Below, piece by piece: positions 12,899 to 21,615 of a DNA stretch of 64,000 bases. The DNA is from Blastocatellia bacterium (GTDB lineage Bacteria > Acidobacteriota > Blastocatellia > UBA7656). Numbering within the stretch: position 1 is the first letter of the stretch; every line of letters begins with the position of its first letter. Location of the stretch: NCBI GenBank assembly GCA_963765495.1, contig CAVXWP010000001.1, positions 128,001 through 192,000 of the forward strand, read 5' to 3'. Under the pieces are notes generated by a model. It was not told where the DNA came from. It searched no databases and saw only the letters and a list, made by a program, of their open reading frames with translations. Both the position numbers and the translations under genes were made by a program.

Positions 12899-14731
12899 TC
12901 ACTGCACGACGACCGTGAGCGTAGCGGTGCGCGTCTTGCCCGAACTGTCTGTGCCGGTGAAGACCAGATCATAAGTTCCAGGCGACGCTGAGCCTTTCAC
13001 CTTCACCTTGAAGGTCGCGCTCGAAGTTGTGGTGACCGGATTGGCAGGTTTGACCTTCAGTCCTTTGGGTGAGGCCGGAGGCGTTATGGTCACATTGCCA
13101 GTGAATCCACCCGAACCGTTTATGGTGATCTTCGGCTTCACATTATTGCCTCGCGCTACCGTCACCATCGCTTGATCGAACGAGAGCGTAAAATCAGACT
13201 CGACCGTGCCCGTTATCGTGACAATTTGGGCCTTCGAATCCATCGCGCTGCCATTGGTCACGTAGACCAGCGCCGGTCCCGATATGTTGGGCATCTTCGC
13301 GGTGATCTGGGTCGTTGACTCGGACCAGTTTGTCGAGCCGTCCTGAATGTGATAAATCTTGTCGTCCTGAATCACTGAAACCACGTTCCCAGTCAATGAA
13401 AAATTAGTCCCTGTGATTTTCATGGTGGTGTTCGGATGCAGGTTCTGGGTTCCATGATCGGGACCTGTATCGTCGTTGAGTATTCCGCCCAGATTGATCT
13501 CAGGGCAGTTGCCGGGTATTACGGGGTTCTGTCCCTTTATCAATGCCTCAAGCGTTGTCCCAAGAGTCGTGATTTCCCCATCGCTTCCTCTGAACAGTCC
13601 CCAACTGTTCTGAGGAGGCGGAGCATTGTCGATCACCTGCCAGAAAATGGCGTAGGAAGCGCCGAACGAGCCGGGACCTATGACCGCATTGACCAGTTCC
13701 TTTGTGTAACTTGCCGCGTTGCACTCTCCATAATCGGTGCGGGCGAATCCGAACTCTCCAAGCAGAAACGACGCAGGCTCAACATTGCTCTGGCCCTGGA
13801 ACTTCCCCTGCCCGGCCTTCACAAGATTGAGGCTGCCGCCCAATACATAGTTGATCGCCTGTTGCAGATTCACTTGAGGCTGGCCGACCTTGAGGCCGAT
13901 TGTTTGCCAGGAAGAATATGAAAAATAGTCCACATCGTGAACGCGCGGCGCGACGTAATCGATTACGCAGCGGTTGGCAAGCGAAGGCTGATTGCCCGGT
14001 CCTCCGAACGGTGTGCCTCCGCAGGGTTCTCCGCCCGGCGCAACAACGAAATTGAATTCTATTCCGAAGAAGACATTGTTTACTCCGGCGGCCTTCGCCA
14101 TTGCGACGCCGTCCGCCCTCGACTGTTGCCAGTTCACGTAATTGTCCCAGACTGCCGGATCATTGTTCACGCCGAGCGCGCCCTGCACAGCGTTATCGCC
14201 TTCCCAGTTGAGTATGATGAAGGTCTTCGACGGGTATGTGTTGAAGAGGTATTGGCACAGGTTTTCGATCTGAGTGCGCTCTACATCATAAGCGGATGAT
14301 GAGGGATCGAAGCCGTTTACCCATGTTGGAAGACTCTGATCGGCAGGCCCGTCGGCAGGCGTGTAAGTAGTCAGCAGGTATGTCCGAAAACTGTCGGAAC
14401 CAAAGAGCGTCTCGTAAGCGGAACTGGAAGCGACCTTGACAAGCCAGTTCGGATCATCGTCCTTTTTTATGGATGGATTGACCATATAAGGGTCTCTGGC
14501 CGATATGGCGACACGGATGGTGCGAGTGCCCATCTCGGCGATCTTTTCAGCCGCCCAGTTCAGCCTGTCGGTGGAAGAGTCATAAGAAGAGTAGTCGACT
14601 CCCCAGTTATAAATGCCGATCATATCGGCCACATCGGTCGGGCGAGGCGGCACAGCGCGCGTGATTGGCGCGATCAGCAGGGCGACGGCGAAGAATGCCA
14701 TAAATGAAAGCAGTCTGAATTTGTTGGACAT
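12899..14731 (-). CDS. Secreted glycoside-hydrolase-like (TIM barrel) protein with IPT/TIG and C-terminal Ig-like domains, copy 1
   Basis: AAGGAG precedes MSNKFR, followed by a signal peptide. NWEGDN and LGEFG resemble clan GH-A catalytic motifs. ITGTNFS...WSESTTQITA is IPT-like. The protein ends in a beta-rich tail. Confidence 0.65.
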   Translation of the reverse strand: MSNKFRLLSFMAFFAVALLIAPITRAVPPRPTDVADMIGIYNWGVDYSSYDSSTDRLNWAAEKIAEMGTRTIRVAISARDPYMVNPSIKKDDDPNWLVKVASSSAYETLFGSDSFRTYLLTTYTPADGPADQSLPTWVNGFDPSSSAYDVERTQIENLCQYLFNTYPSKTFIILNWEGDNAVQGALGVNNDPAVWDNYVNWQQSRADGVAMAKAAGVNNVFFGIEFNFVVAPGGEPCGGTPFGGPGNQPSLANRCVIDYVAPRVHDVDYFSYSSWQTIGLKVGQPQVNLQQAINYVLGGSLNLVKAGQGKFQGQSNVEPASFLLGEFGFARTDYGECNAASYTKELVNAVIGPGSFGASYAIFWQVIDNAPPPQNSWGLFRGSDGEITTLGTTLEALIKGQNPVIPGNCPEINLGGILNDDTGPDHGTQNLHPNTTMKITGTNFSLTGNVVSVIQDDKIYHIQDGSTNWSESTTQITAKMPNISGPALVYVTNGSAMDSKAQIVTITGTVESDFTLSFDQAMVTVARGNNVKPKITINGSGGFTGNVTITPPASPKGLKVKPANPVTTTSSATFKVKVKGSASPGTYDLVFTGTDSSGKTRTATLTVVVQ

Positions 14732-14786
14732 CTCAAAGCTCCTTTTCAATGCGCACACAGGCCATAAAGTCTCAGATTTTGTTCTC

Positions 14787-14828
14787 TCACTTATACATGC
14801 GATAAATCGCGACGGTTTACCCCATCGC
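14787..14828 (-). promoter_or_regulatory. Conserved 42-bp upstream motif, candidate ECF promoter
   Basis: GCGATGGGGTAA-N8-GATTTATCGCATG...GTGA on the - strand. Identical at 36906-36947 and 32/42 identical without gaps at 33623-33664. Confidence 0.55.
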
Positions 14829-14831
14829 TCA

Positions 14832-14903
14832 AGCCCTGAAGGATTATCGCTACTGTTACCCAGCGCGTTGCGCTGGGCTATTGAATTGCGCCCCTTCGGG
14901 GCT
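14832..14903. repeat. REP-like palindromic element
   Basis: Outer arms AGCCCTGAAGG...CCTTCGGGGCT with inner hairpin CCCAGCGC-GTT-GCGCTGGG; repeated at 36951-37022. Confidence 0.6.
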
Positions 14904-15064
14904 TTTGTGGTCTTTTCAAACGCCCTCTGATCGCTGAGTACGCGGAGACAGATTATTTTCTCGACACTTCAAACTTCTCACTCAGCGCTCAGCGCTCGGC
15001 GCTCCCCTGTGATATAATCGCCCTCAATCTTTTGCGATATTTTGGGCTTGGGTTTAGCGATAAG

Positions 15065-15640
15065 ATGGAGGTCTCATCGAAAATTACAGAACTCCTCGTC
15101 GACTGGCGCAACGGTCGCTCCAACGCTTTCGATCAACTCTTCGCGCTGGTCTATGATGAATTGCGCTCTCTCGCCTCCGGTTACATGCGACGCGAACGAC
15201 CAGATCACACTCTTCAAACCACCGCCCTCGTCAATGAGGCATACTTGAAACTAGTCGGTCACAAAGACTCCCTGATGGAAAACCGGCTTCACTTTTTCGC
15301 TATCGCCGCCAAAGTCATGCGCCAGATACTCATCGACCACGCCCGCTCTCGTCAGTTTGAAAAGCGCGGCGGCAAGGCGGTAAAGATTTCCCTCGATGAA
15401 GCGGTAATTCTGTCCGACGAGCGCGCCAGCGATTTGATCGCGCTTGACGAAGCGCTAAAGTCTTTGGCAGCCTTTGACGCGCGCAAGAGCCGGGTCGTCG
15501 AGTTGCGATTTTTTGGCGGCATGACTATAGAAGAAACAGCCGAATTCCTTGGGGTTTCCTTTAACACCGTGGTGCGCGATTGGGAGATGGCGAGGGCCTG
15601 GCTCTATCGCAATATTTACGAGGGTGGCAATGGAAGCTAG
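15065..15640 (+). CDS. ECF sigma factor, EcfK-like (kinase-associated type), copy 1
   Basis: ITELL..W..G...AFDQLFALVYDELR, HTLQTTALVNEAY, region 4 VVELRFFGGMTIEETAE...RDWEMARAWL; overlaps the kinase start. Confidence 0.92.
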   Translation: MEVSSKITELLVDWRNGRSNAFDQLFALVYDELRSLASGYMRRERPDHTLQTTALVNEAYLKLVGHKDSLMENRLHFFAIAAKVMRQILIDHARSRQFEKRGGKAVKISLDEAVILSDERASDLIALDEALKSLAAFDARKSRVVELRFFGGMTIEETAEFLGVSFNTVVRDWEMARAWLYRNIYEGGNGS

Positions 15641-18221
15641 CCGCTGGCAGCGAATTGAAGAACTTTTTGGCGAAGCGCTAAATTTAGACGTTGCTGAACG
15701 CGCTCCGTTTTTGACCGCAGCGTGTGGCAGCGATGCGGGTTTGCGTCGCGAGGTCGAAGCTTTACTTGGTTCGCATCAACGAGCAGGTGATTTTATTAAA
15801 GCGCCGGTGGTTGATGAAGCGCTTAACGTCATCAATCATACAGATATAACACTCGGCAAGAAAAAGCGCATCGGCACTTATGAAGTGGTGCGCGAAATCG
15901 GACGCGGCGGCATGGGCGCGGTCTATCTGGCATCGCGCGCCGATGAGGAATTTAAAAAATATGTCGCGATCAAACTCATCAAACGCGGCATGGATACCGA
16001 AGACATACTGCGGCGCTTCAAAAACGAACGACAAATTCTCGCCTCGCTTGACCATCCAAATATTGCAAAACTTCTAAACGGTGGCACCACTGCGGAGGGG
16101 GTTCCTTACTTTGTGATGGAGTATGTCGAGGGGCAGCCGCTAACCGAGTATTGCGACAGTCATAAGCTCTCGACCGTTGAACGCTTAAAACTATTTCGTG
16201 AAATCTGCGCCGCCGTACAACACGCGCATCAAAACCTGGTCGTTCACCGTGACCTCAAACCCAGCAACATTTTGATCACTTCGGATGGCACGCCGAAACT
16301 ACTCGATTTCGGCATTGCAAAATTTTTAAACCCGGCGCTGGCGCCGCAAACCATCGCGCCAACGGCTACGATGATGCGAATGATGACCAGAGATTATGCC
16401 AGCCCCGAGCAGGCGCGCGGCGAACCCATCACAACAGCGAGCGATATTTACTCGCTCGGTGTGTTGCTTTATAAATTGCTCACCGGGCATCACCCTTATC
16501 AATTCAAAACGCCGTTGCCACAAGAAATTGAGCGAGTGATTTGCGAAAGCGTCCCCGAAAAACCCAGCACGATGGTGACACGCACTGAAATTATCGAATT
16601 GGAGGATGGCAAGACCTTAAGCCTTACGCCCAATTCGGTGAGCCGCACGCGTGAAGGTCAGCCCGATAAATTGAGGCGGGCCTTGAATGGCGATGTCGAT
16701 AACATCATCTTAATGGCCATGCGAAAAGAACCGCAGCGACGTTATTCCTCGGTCGCCGAATTGTCTGAAGACCTTCGCCGCTATCTCGGCGGCTTGTCGG
16801 TTCTTGCGACGAAGGACACCTTCCGGTATCGCGCCGCGAAATTCGTCAAACGCCATCGCGTCGGCGTGGTTGCCGCCTTGCTTGTTTTGTTGAGCCTGAT
16901 CGCCGGCCTCGTTGCGACCATCTGGCAGGCGCAACAGGCGCGACAGGAGAGAGCCAAGGCCGAAGAGATCAAAAATTTTATTGAGCGAACCCTGAATTAT
17001 TCAAACCCCCTCTCCAATAAAGGCGGGAAAACCGTTCGGGAAACAACCGTCACTGAGGCGCTGGACGAGGCGGCCAAACGCCTTGAGAGTGGCGAATTCT
17101 CTAACCAACCGGAGATCAAAGCCGAGTTAGAACTGGTTATTGCCCGGTGTTATTACGGTCAGGGGAAATACTCATTGGGCGCAAAACACGCACAGGAGTT
17201 TATTCTCCTGCAACGTCAATTTTATGGCGGAAAGGATCCCAAAACACTCATCGCATTGACCACATGGGCAGGGCTGCTGTTTGACAAAGGAGAGATGGCT
17301 GAATCTGAAAAATTATACCGTCAGGTTTTGCCTCTGATGCGCGAGGAAGAAAAAAAGGGTTCCGTCAAGGCCGCCGAACTGGCACAGGCGCTCAATCATT
17401 TTGCCTATCTGCGTCGAACTCAGGGGGATTCCCGCGAGGCCGAATCTCTGTTTCGCGAAGCCTTAGCCCTGAATTCACAAATACCGGAAGAGTTCCGTTA
17501 TATCAACGGGACCACACGCAGCACGCTTGCTTCAACGCTGGCGGATCAGGGAAGGTTCGATGAAGCCTTGCAAACCGCTTATGAAGCGGTCGCCGAATAT
17601 CGCCAGCGCGGAGACAGCAACAATCCAAATTATGGATTCGCCTTGACCATACTTGGCGGGTTTCTCGTTGATAAAGGAAATTTCGCCGAAGCCGATGCCG
17701 ACTTACACGAAGCCGAGACCATTTTCCGCGATTTTCTCACTACTCCCGGCTTGTGGGGAGGCGATAATTTACGCAACCAGGCGATCTCTTTATATAAACA
17801 GGGAAAGTATGGCGAAGCTATAACCAAAGCGGACGAAACATTGACCCTCTATCGCGAAAACTTTGGCACACATTACGACCATTATCCGACCGCATTGATC
17901 ATTAAAGGTTTGAGTCTGACGAAAATGGGACAGGCGAAAGAGGGTGAAAAGATTTTGCGAGAGGCGGTCAAAATTCGCACCGAACTATTGCCAAAGGAGC
18001 ATTTCTGGGTGGCTGTGGCCAACGGGGCGCTGGGCGAATGTTTGACGCTGCAGAAGCGTTTCACGGAGGCCGAACCATTATTGCTGTCAAGCTACGAGAG
18101 CCTTCAGCGCTCGCAGAGACCGAACAGCCCGCTCATCCGAACCGCGCTTGAGCAGATCGTGACTCTCTATGAAAATTGGGGACGAGCGGATGCTGCCGCC
18201 AATTATCGAAGTAAGTTGTGA
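15630..18221 (+). CDS. Membrane Ser/Thr protein kinase with C-terminal TPR repeats, copy 1
   Basis: IGRGGMGAVY, VAIK, HRDLKPSNIL, DFG, YASPEQ; one TM helix (VGVVAALLVLLSLIAGLVATIW); TPR-like helices. Confidence 0.92.
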   Translation: MEASRWQRIEELFGEALNLDVAERAPFLTAACGSDAGLRREVEALLGSHQRAGDFIKAPVVDEALNVINHTDITLGKKKRIGTYEVVREIGRGGMGAVYLASRADEEFKKYVAIKLIKRGMDTEDILRRFKNERQILASLDHPNIAKLLNGGTTAEGVPYFVMEYVEGQPLTEYCDSHKLSTVERLKLFREICAAVQHAHQNLVVHRDLKPSNILITSDGTPKLLDFGIAKFLNPALAPQTIAPTATMMRMMTRDYASPEQARGEPITTASDIYSLGVLLYKLLTGHHPYQFKTPLPQEIERVICESVPEKPSTMVTRTEIIELEDGKTLSLTPNSVSRTREGQPDKLRRALNGDVDNIILMAMRKEPQRRYSSVAELSEDLRRYLGGLSVLATKDTFRYRAAKFVKRHRVGVVAALLVLLSLIAGLVATIWQAQQARQERAKAEEIKNFIERTLNYSNPLSNKGGKTVRETTVTEALDEAAKRLESGEFSNQPEIKAELELVIARCYYGQGKYSLGAKHAQEFILLQRQFYGGKDPKTLIALTTWAGLLFDKGEMAESEKLYRQVLPLMREEEKKGSVKAAELAQALNHFAYLRRTQGDSREAESLFREALALNSQIPEEFRYINGTTRSTLASTLADQGRFDEALQTAYEAVAEYRQRGDSNNPNYGFALTILGGFLVDKGNFAEADADLHEAETIFRDFLTTPGLWGGDNLRNQAISLYKQGKYGEAITKADETLTLYRENFGTHYDHYPTALIIKGLSLTKMGQAKEGEKILREAVKIRTELLPKEHFWVAVANGALGECLTLQKRFTEAEPLLLSSYESLQRSQRPNSPLIRTALEQIVTLYENWGRADAAANYRSKL

Positions 18222-18227
18222 CTTTTT

Positions 18228-18589
18228 TTGCCTGCTGAGCGATTATTACAGGTGGCGGTCAAAAAATATGAAGAGCGCGCCCCGCGACTGAGCAAGTGGA
18301 TGGAAGCGAGTCTCTATCAAGGACTGACGGTGATGAGTTTTCCATTGGAGCATCAGAAGCGGCTGAGGACAACGAATCTGTGTGAGCGAGTGAATCGAGA
18401 ATTGAAGAGGCAACATGAGTAGTGGGGGTATTTCCAAATGCAGGATCGTTGGAGAGGTTGGCGACAGCGGTATTGATGGGGATAGATGAAGACTGGCAAA
18501 GTAGCACTTGCTACTTAAGTTTTTCTTAAAGGCTGTTCCCGTGGGGATGGAGAGGGTTGGCGATTTTACAGAAACAACGTTGCATTATC
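18228..18589 (+). mobile_element. IS256-family transposase 3' remnant
   Basis: LRTTNLCERVNRELKR followed (frameshifted) by VVGVFPN..SLERL; IS256-like end TTTTACAGAAACAACGTTGCATTATC. Confidence 0.8.
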
Positions 18590-18597
18590 GCTCACTT

Positions 18598-20304
18598 TTA
18601 TCTCAGACGCATCGTTGGATCCCCTATCAGTATCCACGTTCGCCGGATGTCCAGGTCTGTCGTCGCCTCCTTCGCCGCTCGGGTCGCTTCTCCCAGTCTT
18701 ACCGCTCCTCCGCGACCAAAAAAGGTAAGGTATAGCTGCCGGTTTATCAACGCCTGCCCTCCCGGCATCGTCGTCCCGGACGACGCCCATACCGCTACCG
18801 CTCCTCCTCGCTCCGCCTTCATCAATGCTTCGCCTAAACTCTCCAACCCCGGATCATCAAAGTACCCGTTCAAACACGTCATCATCACAAATACACTCAG
18901 ATGATCCCTGTTTTTCATCTGCGCCGCGTCTTCATTCTCAAGCAGATTTCCTCTCCACTCTGTCACCGAGCCATGCCCTACGTAGTTGACCAACTTCTGC
19001 CCTCGATTGATCGCTTCCATCATCTCCTCTTTCGCCTTTTCTGTCCCTATCTGACCTCGGTTGATCTGATTCACCTTGACTCGCGATGGGATGATCCCGG
19101 CCAGTTCTCTGCTCGCCTGCTCGAAGTTATACCCATCGTTGCTGTCTGATACCAGTAGCAGTTCGCCTGAGGCGGGACTCTGCTCATACCCGATGATCTT
19201 CTCTATCATTGTCGTAGCTTCCTCGACGTTGCGGAACGGCAAGCGCCCTACCGCCAGCTCCGCTATCCCGTCTTCGTTAAAATCGGCCAGCCAGTCGTCA
19301 CTTGCCGTTTCCAGATACTGCGTGTCTATCTGCCTCGTCGGCACCAGGTCATAGCTCCCAAGACCAAGATAATTTCTCGCGTCATAGCTGGCATCACCCC
19401 CAAGCAACACGTATCGCGCCGGTCTCTTCCATCTGCTTGCCGCATAACTCAGAAAATCTTTCACCGCCTGAACGGTTTTGTTCCCAAAGCTGAATTCGTC
19501 ATAGATGTCTTCGATGTCGACGACTGCTACGCTAAGCCCTTCCTTCTGCCGCAGCGCCTTCAAAGGCTCTAGCGCGCCGAAGAATCCTCTCTCAGTGAGA
19601 ATCAACAGGTCCGCGCCGTTACCCGGCTGTCGCAGACTCGACGGGATGTTTGCCGCGACCTTCTCAGGATGTCTGGTCTGCGTGTCGGCAAACATCAATA
19701 GCAGCCGGTCGCCCGTTCCCCCTGGCGTAGCCATCGCCCTATAGCCGCTCTCCTCCTCCGTTACGCTTGCTGTGATCTCCTGCACCGATTCACTGTCTGT
19801 GATGTCAAGCACTCTTATGCCCTTACCAGTGAATCCGCTGACGCTCACCTGCTGGCCCGACTCTGCCATCAAGCTCAACTCATCGTTGTCGGCAATAAAG
19901 CTGTGCGTATAGGTGATGCGGATCGTGTCTACCAGACTCACATCGGCCTGGCCGCCTTCGGCTATCAACCTCACCGTGTTCTCGCCTTCGCGCAGCAGCC
20001 CGGGCACGACCGACACAAGCTTCCTGCTCAACTCCTGCCCGAAGAAGTCTAGTTGCGTCACCTCCGCGCCGTTTAGCTGCACGCGGACCCTGTGGGCCGT
20101 CTGCGTCACTCCCTGTAATGAGACCTCCAGCATCGCAGGCTCTGTCGCCGAGGCGTTCAGATGTTTTAGCTGTAGCGATTGTTCTACCGGCTCGCTTGCA
20201 ATTATCGCCCCGAAGAAGTTCTCCGCCTCGCCGTTTCTCAGCCCCGCGAAGTAGATGGTTCGGTCTTTCCGCTCCACGGTGAACGCGAATCCACCCGCAG
20301 CCAC
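18598..20304 (-). CDS. C25 (gingipain-family) cysteine peptidase, C-terminal part of the giant protein, copy 2
   Basis: DIYDEFSFG, YVLLGGDASYD, AVGRLP, catalytic-like YVGHGS and MTCLNG, ending WILIGDPTMRLR. No own signal peptide; joined to the upstream ORF by a frameshift at ~20315. Confidence 0.85.
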   Translation of the reverse strand: MAAGGFAFTVERKDRTIYFAGLRNGEAENFFGAIIASEPVEQSLQLKHLNASATEPAMLEVSLQGVTQTAHRVRVQLNGAEVTQLDFFGQELSRKLVSVVPGLLREGENTVRLIAEGGQADVSLVDTIRITYTHSFIADNDELSLMAESGQQVSVSGFTGKGIRVLDITDSESVQEITASVTEEESGYRAMATPGGTGDRLLLMFADTQTRHPEKVAANIPSSLRQPGNGADLLILTERGFFGALEPLKALRQKEGLSVAVVDIEDIYDEFSFGNKTVQAVKDFLSYAASRWKRPARYVLLGGDASYDARNYLGLGSYDLVPTRQIDTQYLETASDDWLADFNEDGIAELAVGRLPFRNVEEATTMIEKIIGYEQSPASGELLLVSDSNDGYNFEQASRELAGIIPSRVKVNQINRGQIGTEKAKEEMMEAINRGQKLVNYVGHGSVTEWRGNLLENEDAAQMKNRDHLSVFVMMTCLNGYFDDPGLESLGEALMKAERGGAVAVWASSGTTMPGGQALINRQLYLTFFGRGGAVRLGEATRAAKEATTDLDIRRTWILIGDPTMRLR

Positions 20305-21529
20305 CTGCTTCGCCTTTGCCTTCGGTCACCACTATGCGTTTGCCCGCCCCTGCCCCGGCCACCAGCCAGTAGACTCGCCTATCGGTTGAAGGGGTATCGA
20401 GGCCCATGCCGTAGAACTCGACCGCATCACCCGCGTCCAACCGTCCATCCTGCTCTCCCGTGACTTTTATTGCCTGCTCTACTCCGTCTGCGAACAACTG
20501 CAAGAGTCGTGGATCACTCTTCGGGTCGAGTCCCGCTTGCACAAGCTCCGGTTGGGTGATGCGATAGTATCCTTCCTCTCTGACCGTGATCTTCACCGCC
20601 GCCTGCCCGGCCATACTCGTTTGCGATTCAAGCGTCGCGGCGGATGGTTGTGCCAGCGTCGCCGTGCGAGTCAGCGGAACGGAGCCGAGCCCGCCTGCAA
20701 GCAGTCCCTCGCGCATGCCGATTTGCGCAAGCAGAACGGACCTTCGCTCCACTTCCGAAGGACTGGCATCTGGCGCACTGGTTATCGCATACGGTCCATT
20801 CATCGTCGATTTGCCGTTTAGGTCGATGTCTTCAAGCCAGTAGCGAATCGACTTCCCGGCGGGCGGCGTATCCGCCCAGTAATAGACGTGGCCTGACAGC
20901 AGCGACGTCCCCGGCCCGTCCGTCAGCGCCGAGCCTGCAATAAGCTGCCGCGTGATCAGCGTGCGCGTCCCGTCTTCTTCCCGGTAGATCTTGAAGCCAA
21001 GGTTGTCTGCTTCAAAGCCGGTCTGCCACCTGAGCAGCACTTGATTGCCGTAGCCATTTGCCGTGAAGCGTTCCAGTTTCACTAGTGTCGGGTTGCCGAC
21101 TATCCCGATGTTTGTCCCCGTGAATTCCGAGGTGTTGCCGTCATTATCAGTCGCCGTCGCGATTATCTTATCCCCCGGATTGATGCCGAGGCTCGCCGCA
21201 TTGCCCGCGTCAAAGGTGGCGATGCCGGGGGCGCCGTTTAGGTAATCATCCGCCGTGTAGTATGTGCTTGAGATATAGGTCTCCCCCTGGAGATTCTCAT
21301 CGGCTTTGAAGAATTCGATGTAGAGTCCGTTCCCGCCGTAGTTGGAGTTAGCTGGATCGGAATCTACTTTGTACTGGAGGATGAGATTGCCGCTGGTGTT
21401 GATTACGGCGCTCGTGAATTCAGGATAGTTCTGCAGGTTGTTGCCGCCTGAATCAGCATCTTCCGGGTCGTTTGGCAACGGCTCGCTGCTGCACTCATCG
21501 AGGTCCTCGACCTCCTCGCCATCGGCCAC
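19880..21529 (-). CDS. Middle fragment of the giant protein, copy 2 (Ig-like linker and start of the C25 N-terminal region)
   Basis: GNTSEF, PTLVKLERFTA...LRWQTGFEADNLGFKIYR, EEGYYRIT..EL...G, VEFYG...YWL. The true frame shifts near 20315, so the ORF tail is off-frame. Confidence 0.75.
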   Translation of the reverse strand: MADGEEVEDLDECSSEPLPNDPEDADSGGNNLQNYPEFTSAVINTSGNLILQYKVDSDPANSNYGGNGLYIEFFKADENLQGETYISSTYYTADDYLNGAPGIATFDAGNAASLGINPGDKIIATATDNDGNTSEFTGTNIGIVGNPTLVKLERFTANGYGNQVLLRWQTGFEADNLGFKIYREEDGTRTLITRQLIAGSALTDGPGTSLLSGHVYYWADTPPAGKSIRYWLEDIDLNGKSTMNGPYAITSAPDASPSEVERRSVLLAQIGMREGLLAGGLGSVPLTRTATLAQPSAATLESQTSMAGQAAVKITVREEGYYRITQPELVQAGLDPKSDPRLLQLFADGVEQAIKVTGEQDGRLDAGDAVEFYGMGLDTPSTDRRVYWLVAGAGAGKRIVVTEGKGEAGGCGWIRVHRGAERPNHLLRGAEKRRGGELLRGDNCKRAGRTIATAKTSERLGDRACDAGGLITGSDADGPQGPRAAKRRGGDATRLLRAGVEQEACVGRARAAARRREHGEVDSRRRPGRCESGRHDPHHLYAQLYCRQR

Positions 21530-21615
21530 ATCCAGCGGGCATCCGAGACTGATGCCGAGCGCAAGGTTTGCCGAGATCGTATTCGGGTCTACCTTGTTGC
21601 AACATCCCGCGCTTT

